A stretch of 64,000 nucleotides of DNA, from positions 10,852,001 through 10,916,000 of the forward strand of contig NC_087245.1 in NCBI RefSeq assembly GCF_037042905.1. The letters are read 5' to 3'. Under the pieces are notes generated by a model, which saw nothing but the letters and a program-made list of their open reading frames with translations, ran no database searches and was not told the DNA's origin. Each line of letters begins with the position of its first letter. Position 1 is the first letter of the stretch. The position numbers and the translations under genes were made by a program. This document shows positions 27,901 through 39,900 of the stretch, one piece after another. This DNA comes from Lytechinus pictus. Taxonomy: Eukaryota.

Positions 27901-30900
27901 GTAATCGAGAATAAAATGAGAGACATAGGGTGTAAGATCATTGAAATGCCTATTATTCAGAGTGAAAAATAATAGTATTACACTGGAAATAGAAAGTAAT
28001 GGCATCAACATCAAAAGAGATTTCCGAAAGATCTATAATGTCTCCATGCAGGTCTCTTCATTATTACAATGAGTTGATGCTTAGAAGCCTTGAACAAGTA
28101 AGATGATCAAAATAAGATCGAGGAATTGATATCACAAAAAATAATACAGAATAGGCCTATACATTCGATTGATGATTGATAGGTCTTAATGTGGAAAAGT
28201 ATAATCAGAGAGAGTAAAAGAGGAGTCAATCAATAGTTTAAAGAAACGGATTGCATAGTATTTTCTAAGGTAAGTAACGAGTAATAGTTTGTTTCATCAT
28301 CGACGACAAATAAAGTTTTTTTTTCTATTTTTACAACACCAGATCTCTCCGATCATTTCCCTATATTCTGTGTATGTAAAGATAGAGAAAATTTTGTCTT
28401 ACCGATTAATAATAAGAATCATAAAAATAGATTAGTAAATGACAGAGGAATAGCAATGTTTAAAGATAAACTTAGTACAGTTGATTGGCAGACAGTTTAT
28501 AGTAACGATGATGTGAATATATGTTATGACTTTTTTATTTCCAAATTTTGTATGTTATATGATGAATGTTTTCCTGTCTGTACTGCAAAACCACGCAGTA
28601 GTAAAACACATTTTAAGAAACCTGGGATTACAAATGGTATATTGAGGTCAAAGAAACATAAACAAAGAATGTATAAAGGTACGATGAATACATTGAATAC
28701 AAGGAAAAAAAGGAAATAATAAATCTCTTGTATCAGGAGTATTCCCCAAAAAACTTAAAATTGCCAAAGTTATTCCTTTATATAAGAAAGGTCCAGTTGA
28801 TTGTATAGAAAATTATAGGCCCATTGCACTTTTATCTACTTTTTCAAAATTACTCGAAAAAATTATGTATAAAAGAATTTATAAATTTTTATCAAAAAAT
28901 AATCTTCTAGTTTCAGAGCAATTTGGCTTCCGGAAAAAACATTCTACTTCTTTAAGCATATTAAATATTACAGATTATATATCACGTAAATTTGATGAAG
29001 GTAAATTTTGCTGTGGGGTTTTTATGGATCTTTCCAAAGCATTTGACACCATCGACCATCACATACTGCTTGAAAAATTGTATTATTATGGTATAAGAGG
29101 TGTATCTCTTGAATGGTTTAGTAGTTATTTATTTGAAAGGAAACAGTATGTGATGGTCGATGGTGTAGCATCCAATTTTTCATATATAAATACTGGTGTT
29201 CCACAAGGTTCTGTGCTTGGGCCACTGTTATTTTTGTTATATATAAATGACATTATACATACTTCAAATATTCTCAAATTTTCATTATTTGCTGATGATA
29301 CTGCTGTCATTTCATCTCACAAAGATATAAATATTCTGATTTGTAATATTAATGTTGAATTAGAGAAACTAAGTGAATGGTATATTTGTAACAAACTCTT
29401 TTTAAATGCTGATAAAACACATTACATAATATTTCATTCCAAACAGAAAAAATTTTCTTGTCAAGTTCCCCCTGTGTATATTAAAAATGATATTCTTAAG
29501 AAATCTGATATTGTGGAATTTTTAGGCATCAAACTTCATGAATCACTAAATTGGTCTCACCACATTTCTCATGTTTGTTCTAAAATCTCAAGGGGTGTTG
29601 GTATTATAACACACTTTAGAAACACACTGCCAAAACATACTTTATTAACTATTTACAACAGTATTATATTACCACATATCAACTATTGTAATATGATATG
29701 GGGCAACTCTTACAAGACATACCTTTACAAAATTCATATTCTTCAAAAACGTGCTGTCCGTATAATTACTCATTCTAACTACATGACACCAAGTACTCCT
29801 CTATTTTGTGACCTGAAATGTTTGCCAGTTTTTGATCTTGTTACAGTAACCAATTTAATATTTATGTTCAATTTTCAAAAAAAAGAGCTCCCATCAATAT
29901 TCAATGATATGTTTAAAACAAATTCCTTTTATCATTCTTATGAGACCAGAAACAAATCAAAATTTCTTATTCCTTTTGCACGTACCTCATTAAACCAACA
30001 TACAATACGATTTCAGGGTGTTCATGATTGGAATTTGTTACCTTATGTTGTGAAAAATTCTTCAACTTTAACGAGATTCAAATGTTTATGTAAACAATTT
30101 TTGTTTAAACGTTTGATGTGCACTGAGTAGAGGGCATTCTTTCTCCCTCTCGATCTCTATCTTCCCTCTTTCTTTCTTCCCTATATCTCCTTTACTTTTT
30201 CTCTCCCGCTATCGCTTCCTTTATTTCTTACTCTTTGACTTTGTTAACTTCTCAATGTTCTGCATATGGGTGTGTGTTGGTATGCTGGTGTGATTGTGTG
30301 TGTGTATGAGGCTTGTTTTCTTTTTATCTTTACACTTTAACAACGTGAGATCTGTTTTGTTTTGTAAATTATTGTACAGGGCCCCATCCTCGCAAGCTAT
30401 GCTTTTCTTGGGGTCCTTCCGATTTTTATTTATGAATTTTATATGTATTTATTTTGATTGAGTTTTTAATGGAAAATAAATGAATTGAATTGAATTGACC
30501 AGAAATACTAAAAAAATTTTCTCATAAAAAATATAGTCTTTCAACTTTACACTAACGTAAACTCAAAATCTAAATAGGTTAATTTTTTCAGACGAAAACA
30601 TTAAAATTAAAGAGGTAAAAGAACTATGCTCGTCTTACTTGATATGTTTAATATATGATTAATAAGTTGGAATAAAGTCAATTTACATATATTTTAGGAG
30701 ATGATGGAGTGGTAAGAAAAATAATATTTATCAAGTTTCATGAATGATTCAGTGGAGTAATGAGCAAAAAAAAAGAAAGCTGAATGAAAATCTAAGTTTG
30801 TGTTAGATTTTGACATAATATCAAAAAGAAAACCTTACCCCCTCTCCTATCCTTTCCTTTCCTTTTTTTCTTGGTCGTAGAACTGGGGGAAGCATAGCCC

Positions 30901-33900
30901 ACAAGCCCCCACCCTTCTGTACGATAATTTAATTAAAGAAAATTATTAAAGCTTACGATCCGCATCTGCAAGGATGATGTTAGGACTTTTTCCGCCAAGT
31001 TCAAGGGTGACCTTCTTAATATTTGATGCTCCTGCTGCTTGCTGAATGATTTTCCCGATCTACAAAACCAAAGAAAGAAAGGATTGTGGTAGAAAAAAAA
31101 TTCGTTTTTAAGAGAGTGAATCATTTATTAACACAAGACATCTCTAAACGCGAATGCAATATTATAGGCCTATCTTTCGGAATACATAATATCTGGCTGA
31201 ATTCATTTCATTGCTTACAGTGGCGGATCTACGCCCCCCCCCCCCCCTTGGGCTTCCAATTTAAAAAAGAGTAATGACCTACCAGCCCCAAATTGCCTTA
31301 ATTTTATAGTGACCCCACTTTTTTCCTGTAAAAAAAAATCCCCGGTACCAAAATGACATTCGTTTGGTAGTGGAGCAATTTTTTTTTTTTTTGGGGGGGG
31401 GGGGGTTTGTTTGGCTTGTCAATATTCTCGGTCAAACTCCCTCCTTGGAAAAAAGCTAGATCCAACCAGGGCTGATATTGTGGTTTAGGGTCTTAGGCCT
31501 ATTTGATGGTTATTAAACCTGTCTGCTAACTTTGAAAGAAAACGAGAAAGGGAAACAATCCTTAAAACAAAATTACGATCTACTAATGAAAGAATATTAT
31601 TGCTACATCCATCAGTGCACGTTGAATGAAAAAAAATCTGACTGGTCAATGAGATTTTGATTAGCATAAAATTCCACCCTCTCAGGTTATCAGTGCACGT
31701 TGTCGTCTTGAGGTCGGAAAGTGTCTCCCGTTATAAATGTTTATGAGTAACTACAAACAATAGTTGTTCATCCAACAGATAGTAAAGCTGACATGTTTAA
31801 TGGTTTTGTATTTCTTACCTCTGTAGATCCAGTAAACGCAACCTTGTCAATGCCTGGGTGACTGGCGATTGCTGCACCAGCAGTGGGGCCATATCCCGAC
31901 AGAACATTGATCACTCCCGGTGGAAATCCAGCCTGTAACATCAAATAACATCAAAAACCTTTCAGTTTATTTAAAAAGAAAGTTTGGTTTTAAAAAGAAA
32001 AGTCAATATGATGACCAATATACAACCAGTTCAGTTTGTTAGTTTATTGTCAATACATATACCCTATTCTGCAGACAGTTTTTAAAAATGTTTTTTCTAA
32101 CAGTATACGGTTTTAATATTCGTTGGAGGATATGGATCCTCAATTTCAGTCATTTTGTCCTTAATTCAAAAGATAATGGAGTCAATATGCAAACTAATTA
32201 TAGAGATAATAAGATAATAAATTACAAAAGATTTATATACCGGTATAGTAATTAAAAGAGGGAGTGAGAAAAATACAAGTTTAATTGAATTATTTATTCT
32301 AGTTTTCACTAATGTTACTCTTATCATTTTTTCCCCTTTTCATCACACCATCGATGGACTTAGGAATGGTAAAGATAAACAAAATAACTAAAGTAAACAG
32401 AAAACGTTATCAAAACCAAATCAGGTCGACAATATCTTTCCCTCTGAAAATCTGACGATAACCACAGCAACAATAACCCCGGTTTCCCGTTTGTAGGGCC
32501 ATGGGCCCCGTCTTACAGAAAGTTGCGATTGATCCAATTAATCGCAACTGTATGGCAATCCATCAATACCACAATTTCTTTCTACAGGAATCTCCTTAGT
32601 AAACAAATAAGATCTCGATGAATCTTCAAGAGAATGATGAATGTATGAATATACATCATATCTAGAAAATAATTTGAACAAACATGCATTTCAAATGTTG
32701 GCATTGGTGGCCGTCCATAGCTGTGATTGATCGGATCAATCGTAACTCTTTGTAAGATGGGGCTCTGATATCATTATTACCTCTTTGGCGAGTTCAGCCA
32801 TGTAAAGTGCAGTGAGAGGTGTCTGTTCTGCTGTTTTCATTACGATAGTGTTTCCACAGGCCAGAGCAGGAGCCCACTTCCAGGCCAGCATCAACAGCGG
32901 GAAATTCCACTTTAAAATATAGAATTAAAAAATATAACATTGTGTTCTCCGTGTACACAAACTCTCCAGAGTCAAAGGATCCAGGATTAAGCCACTCGGA
33001 AATGCAGAAACACACATTTCTACAATTATTATTTTTTTTTATCAAACCTTCAAACAAGACCAAGCCACTGAAAAGGTTGCCCTTAATAATTTGGGACGAC
33101 TGTCTTAGATTAAAAAGGGTATAATTTGAGGCCTATTGGAGCCATTGCTGGGATGAAAGGTGACGTTTGGGCACGGAACGGGAATCCTATCTCCCCCCCC
33201 CCCCCCCCATTTCAATCTCACTGGTTCTAATGGAAAATCACACAGCTGATTTAATTTGTCTCTAATGGAAAATCACACAGCTGATTTAAATTGTCTCTAG
33301 AAGATGATTCTGACATAAATTACTGTGCGCATACATGGGGGGGGGGGGGGGGGCAATGGCATGGTTGGCGTGGCATAATTCCGCATAATAATAGCTTCAT
33401 ATTTCAAGGATATTGAAAGTGGGTTGGTCAAAGGCGTGTCCGGTACGTCTTTATGGAATGGTTTCTGACAGCAGGGGCGGATCCAGGCTTTTCCAATGGG
33501 GGGGGGGCACATTTTTTCCGACGAAAATGTAACAAGCAAAAAGAAGTTCTCACTTTTAAAGGGGGGGGGGGGGGCACGGACCGGCTTTACCCCTGTTACA
33601 CCCACAAATGTAATAATCGCCCACAAATGTAATAACGCCCACAAATGTAATAACACTTTACCCACAAATGTAATAACGCCCACAAATGTAATAACACTTT
33701 ACCCACAAATGTAATAATTTCGCCCACAAATGTAATAATGCACTTTACCCACAAATGTAATAATTTTTGATCGCCCACAAATGTAATAATGACTTTACCC
33801 ACAAATGTAATAAATTTGAAGGGATTTTTGGCGAATCCGTTTTAAACTAAAATCCTGTAGTAATGCGTTCATATAGCGATTGACCTATTGCAATAGGACC

Positions 33901-36900
33901 ATGATATAGCACAAAAATGCAAAGTCTTTTTTCCAGACCCGGTTAATTAAGAACTTATAATGTAAGTCCAAAGTCTTTTTTCCAGACCCGGTTGTTTAAA
34001 AAATTATAATAAAAGTCCAAAGTCTTTTTTCCAGACCCGGTTGTTTCAAAAGTTATGATAAAAGTCCAAAGTCTTTTTTCCAGACCCGGTTGTTAAAAAA
34101 ATTATGATATAAGTCCAAAGTCTTTTTTCTAGACCCGGTTGTTTCAAAAATTATAATATAAGTCCAAAGTCTTTTTTCCAGACCCGGTTATTTCAAAAAT
34201 TTTAATATAGGTCCAAAGTCTTTTTTCCAGACCCGGTTATTTCAAAAATTATAAAATAAGTCCAAAGTCTTTTTTCCAGACCCGGTTGATTAAAAAATTA
34301 TAATATAAGTCCAAAGTCTTTTTTCTAGAACCGGTTGTTTCAAAAATTATAATATAAGTCCAAAGTCTTTTTTCCAGACCCGGTTGTTTCAAAAATTTTA
34401 ATGTAAGTCCAAAGTCTTTTTTCCAGACCCGGTTGTTTAAAAAAATATAATATAAGTCCAAAGTCTTTTTTCCAGACCCGGTTGTTTCAAAAATTAAAAT
34501 ATAAGTCCAAAGTCTTTTTTCCAGACCCAGTTGTTTCAAAAATTATAATATAAGTCCAAACTAAGATACGATAATGATATTCCAGTGGAATGGAAATGAG
34601 AATCGAGCTTAGTCTTTTCTCCAGACCCAGTTAATCAAGACTGGTGGAATTAATGTCTTTGTTGTTGTTTTAACTTATACGTCGCTTATTGTGAATATAT
34701 GCGCTAAGAGTAAATTGAGAATCAAGCGTAGTGTTTTCTCCAAACCCAGTTACTTAAAACTTAAAACTAAAACCCTTTACCCACAAATGTAATAATTTCA
34801 TCCCACAAATGTAATAATGCACTTTACCCACATATGTTACAAAATTTGAAGGGATTTTTGGCGAATCTGTTCTAAAATAAAACCCTATAGTAATGCGTTA
34901 ATATACTAGTAGTGCAAAGTCACAGTCTTTTTTCTCTAGACCCGGTTATATAAAACATTTAAACAATCTTCCAAATAAATTCGTCTTATTGTTGAATAAC
35001 ATAGAAGTTTAGCTTAGCCTTTGCTCCAGACCCAAATCTTTCAAATAGCAAATAATGAATAATAATATTAAAAAAAACAAAGACCCCACGATTTTATTAA
35101 TGTTGAACAAAATGTAAATATAGCATAGTCTTTCCTCCAGACCCAGTTATAAAAAAATCATTCAAAAACAAAAGAACAACAACAACAACCAAAAACAGAC
35201 CTCGCAATCTTTTCAACATTGAATAGCGTGTGTGTGTGTATTTGAGTTTTGTCAGACGTGTATCAATCAGATATGATTATTTACGTCTGGGACCGACCTT
35301 TAACGTCACCATCCGAAACACGTGACCAGGGCTCGAACCTCTGCATCAATTTGTAACTTCCCCACATAGCTTGGATTACAGGCACACGCCACAACGCCCA
35401 GTTAGTGTGTGTGTGTGTGTGTGTGTATTTGAGTTTTGTCAGACGTGTATCAATCAGATATGATTATTAGTATCGAAATATGGTGTAGTCTTTGTTCCAG
35501 CCCCGGTTATTTCACAATTGCATATCATAAAGAACACTATTAACAAAGACCCCACTATCTCATTGATGTTGAATAACTTGAAAAGATAACGTAGTCTATT
35601 TTCAAGACCCAGTTATTTTAAAATAAAAAATCATAGAAAAGATATATAATAATAATAAAACAAAGGCTCCACAGTCTTACTGATGTTGAATAACATGGAA
35701 ATATAGCGCAGTCTTTCCTCCAGACCCACTTATTTCAAAATTACAAATCATTTTTTAAAGAGTCAACAAGAAACAAAGACCCCCACTATCTTATTAATGT
35801 TAAATAACATGGGAATATAGCGTAGTCTTTCATATAGACCCAGATCTTTCAAATAACAAATGAAGAATAATAATAAAAAATTAATAATAATAATAAAAAA
35901 AACAACGACCCACGATCCTAGTCATGTTGAATAATATGGAAATATAGCGTGGACTTTTCTCAAGACCCAGTAATAAAAATAATTAAAAAACACAACAACA
36001 ACAACAAAAAAGACCCTGCAATCTTATCAACATTGGATAGCATGGAAATATGGTGTAGTCTTTGCTCCAGACCCAGTTATTTCAAAATAGGAAATTATAA
36101 GAAACAATAAAAACAAACAAACAGTATCAGTAAAGACCCCACAATATCATTGATGTAGAAAAACATTGTTGTTGTTATCTTGGATTTTAAGGCGCGTATC
36201 ATATGAATATTTACGCCTATGATTAATTTGTCGTCTATTACCGTGTTTACACTTAATCGGCAATTGGTTCTGAACCAAATGCCGATGCAGAATCGGCATT
36301 TAGATTGCGTTTACACGTTGTTACAGCTCGCGGTTCAGAACCGCGAGCCGATGCAAAAACCTGAAATGATACGCATACCTACAATATACGTCATAATAAA
36401 GACAACGCTGGATCAGTGCGCTTACAATTACGTCACAATGGTAAAGTAATTGAAATGCGCACAAATTGCCGGTGCAGAATCGGCTTTCTGTTTACACGTA
36501 GTAAAAAAGCCGATTCTGCATCGGCTCGCGGTTCAGAACCTACTACTTTGGTGGTGCAAATTGCCGGTTCTGAACCGCGAGCCGATTCAAGTTGCTCGCG
36601 TTTACACGCTATGAAAAAGCCGATGCTGAATCGGCTCGCGGTTCAGAACCGCAAGCCGATTCAAATGCCGATTAAGTGTAAACACGGTATTTGTGGTATG
36701 CGTTATCACATGATTTTTATAGTTTGGCTTAATTCGTATTTTTAAGAGAACTGGGTGTGGGGTAAAGACAACACTCTAAACCCAAGCATTTTAACTGGGT
36801 TTAATTTTGAAGATTGGTCTTAGCCTAGATTTTTTTTCAATGATTGTTTATCTTTTAAATAACCGGGTCTAGAAGAAAGACTAATCATAATACTCGGGTT

Positions 36901-39900
36901 ATTCCACAGGAATAAGAATATGACAAAGTTTTATGTTTTTAAGATTGTTTAAATCATTTTTTAAATGACTGGGTCAGGAATAAAGACAACGCTTTAAACA
37001 TGTGCTTTTTTACATGGTCTTAATTTGGAGGATTGATGGTTCTTAGATTCGTTGTTGGGGGTTGGGTTTTTTATTGCTTTTTTATTCTTGAAATAACTGT
37101 GTCTGGAGGAAATTCTACAATCGATCTTCATGTTATTCCACAGTAATTAGATGATTGGGTATTCGTTTAAGAATATTTGTAAAAACTATTTTATTTTTTC
37201 AAATAATAACCAAGTCTTGAGAAAAGATGATTGCTTTACCCATGCATTATTACAATGTTTTGTAGGGGTATTAGTATTATTTAAAAAAAAAAGATGGGTG
37301 TGGGGTAAAGACATTTTTTTCTGGGTGTAACTTTTGAAAATTGGTCTTAGATTTGAAGTATTTTTAAATTTCATTTTTTTTAAAACTGGGTCTGGAGGAA
37401 AGAGTACGTTTTGAATCTCGTCTTATTCCACAAGAATAAGAATATGATAGGGTCTTACGTTAGAAGATTTTTTTTGGGGTAATATTTTAAATGATTAGGT
37501 CTGGAATAAAGACAACGTTCTTAACCTCTTTTTAAAACAGGTTCTTAGGTTGAAGGATTGCTTGGTCTTAGATTTGTAGTTTTTTATTATTACTATTTGC
37601 GATATTTTGAAAAAAAATAACTGGGTCTGGCTGAAAGACTACTCTATATGTCCATGTCATCCATCATTAACAAGATTATGGAGTCTTTTTACTGTTTTTG
37701 TTGTTGTATTGTTATTTATAATTTTGGAATAACAGGGTTTAGAGAAAAGACTAAGCTCAATTTTCATTTTTATTCCACTGGAATATCATTATGGTATCTT
37801 AGTTTGGACTTATATTATGATTTTTTAAATAACCCGGTCTGGAAAAAAGACTTTGGACTTATAGTATGATTTTTTAAACAACCGGGTCTGGAAAAAAGGC
37901 TTTGGACTTATATTATATTTTTTTTACTCAAACAGGTCTGGAAAAAAGACTGACTTTTATTATAATTTTTTAATTAACCTGGTCTGGAAAAAAGACTTTG
38001 CACTTTTGTGCAATATGAACGCATTACTTTAGGGTTTTCGTTTTCAGTTTTAAGTAACCGGGTCTGGAGAAAAGACTACGCTTGGTTCTGAATGTACTCT
38101 TAGCGCATATATTCACAATACGCGCCGTATAATTTCAAAAAACAACAAAGACATTTATTCCATCAGCTTTAATTAACTGGGTCTGGAGAAAAGACTAAGC
38201 TCGATTCTCATTTCCATTCCACTGGAATATCATTATCGTATCTTAGTTTGGACTTATATTATAATTTTTGAAACAACTGGGTCTGGAAAAAAGACTTTGG
38301 ACTTATATTTTAATTTTTGAAACAACCGGGTCTGGAAAAAAGACTTTGGACTTATATTATATTTTTTTAAACAACCGGGTCTGGAAAAAAGACTTTGGAC
38401 TTACATTAAAATTTTTGAAACAACCGGGTCTGGAAAAAAGACTTTGGACTTATATTATAATTTTTGAAACAACCGGTTCTAGAAAAAAGACTTTGGACTT
38501 ATATTATAATTTTTTAATCAACCGGGTCTGGAAAAAAGACTTTGGACTTATTTTATAATTTTTGAAATAACCGTGTCTGGAAAAAGGACTGGACTTATAT
38601 CATAATTTTTGAAACAACCGGGTCTGGAAAAAAAGACTTTGGACTTGCATTATAATTTTTGATACAACCGGTCTGGAAAAAAGACTTTGGACTTATATCA
38701 TAATTTTTTAATCAACTGGGTCTGGAAAAAAGACTTTGGACTTATATTATAATTTTTGAAACAACCGGGTCTGGAAAAAAGACTTTAAACTTATATTATA
38801 ATATTTTTTAAACAACCGGGTCTGGAAAAAAGACTTTGGACTTATATTATAATTTTTGAAATAACCGGGTCTTGAAAAAAGACTTTGGACTTATATTATA
38901 ATTTTTGAAATAACCGTGTCTGGAAAAAGGACTGGACTTATATCATAATTTTTGAAACAACCGGGTCTGGAAAAAAAGACTTTGGACTTGCATTATAATT
39001 TTTGATACAACCGGTCTGGAAAAAAGACTTTGGACTTATATCATAATTTTTTAATCAACTGGGTCTGGAAAAAAGACTTTGGACTTATATTATAATTTTT
39101 GAAACAACCGGGTCTGGAAAAAAGACTTTAAACTTATATTATAATATTTTTTAAACAACCGGGTCTGGAAAAAAGACTTTGGACTTATATTATAATTTTT
39201 GAAATAACCGGGTCTTGAAAAAAGACTTTGGACTTATATTATAATTTTTTAAACAACCGGGTCTGGAAAAAAGGCTTTGGACTTATATTATATTTTTTTA
39301 ATTAACCGGGTCTGGAAAAAAGACTTTGCACTTTTGTGCTATATCATGGACCTATTGGTCCATCGCTATATGAACGCATTACTACAGGATTTCAGTTTAG
39401 AACGGATTCGCCAAAAATCCCTTCAAATTTATTACATTTGTGGGTAAAGTCATAATTACATTTGTGGGCGATCAAAAATTATTACATTTGTGGGTAAAGT
39501 GCATTATTACATTTGTGGGTGAAATTATTACATTTGTGGGTAAAGTGTTATTACATTTGTGGGCGTTATTACATTTGTGGGTAAAGTGTTATTACATTTG
39601 TGGGCGTTATTACATTTGTGGGCGTTATTACATTTGTGGGTGTAACAACCCCCCCCCCTTTGAATTCGCCACTGTCTGACAGAGTAATTGATTTGAGTAA
39701 ATATTTACAGTTCAGTGGACTAATACCCGTTATCCCGTGTCATCATTAAAATTTGTGAGAAAAAGCCTTACGACTTAAATAACTTTATAAGCACTGCATT
39801 GAAAATTATTTAAACATTCAATAACACTTTATCATGTTTAATGACTTATTCAGAAGAATGATCGAAACAGGTATACATATTCTTATAAAGATTTCAAATA

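Larger units (their letters stand above)
33594..39647. mobile_element. 6.05-kb foldback-type (long-TIR, non-coding) DNA transposon with TGT...ACA ends
   Basis: TGTTACACCCACAAATGTAATAA / TTATTACATTTGTGGGTGTAACA termini; ACCCC 5-bp TSD. Arms are built of CCCACAAATGTAATAA repeats, then 49-bp AAGTCCAAAGTCTTTTTTCCAGACCCGGTT repeats, in mirror orientation. Confidence 0.9.
33472..39674. mobile_element. hAT-type MITE (~150 bp of own sequence) split by the foldback insertion
   Basis: Ends CAGGGGCGGATCC...GAATTCGCCACTG; perfect 8-bp TSD TCTGACAG at 33464-33471 and 39675-39682. Confidence 0.85.

Noticed and set aside
35360..35402. Human Alu contamination
   Set aside because: Only ~45 nt resemble Alu/7SL. 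The rest is non-Alu with a (CA)n tail, and it sits cleanly inside a host repeat unit.
34249..38558. Two identical 96-aa ORFs on opposite strands (also the LLHLW ORFs at 33596 and 39440)
   Set aside because: These are translations of the 49-bp and ~20-bp repeats in the inverted arms, not genes.
33594..39647. Regular short repeats resembling a CRISPR array
   Set aside because: There are no unique spacers and no cas genes, the context is a eukaryotic intron, and the repeats are mirrored TIR modules of a transposon.
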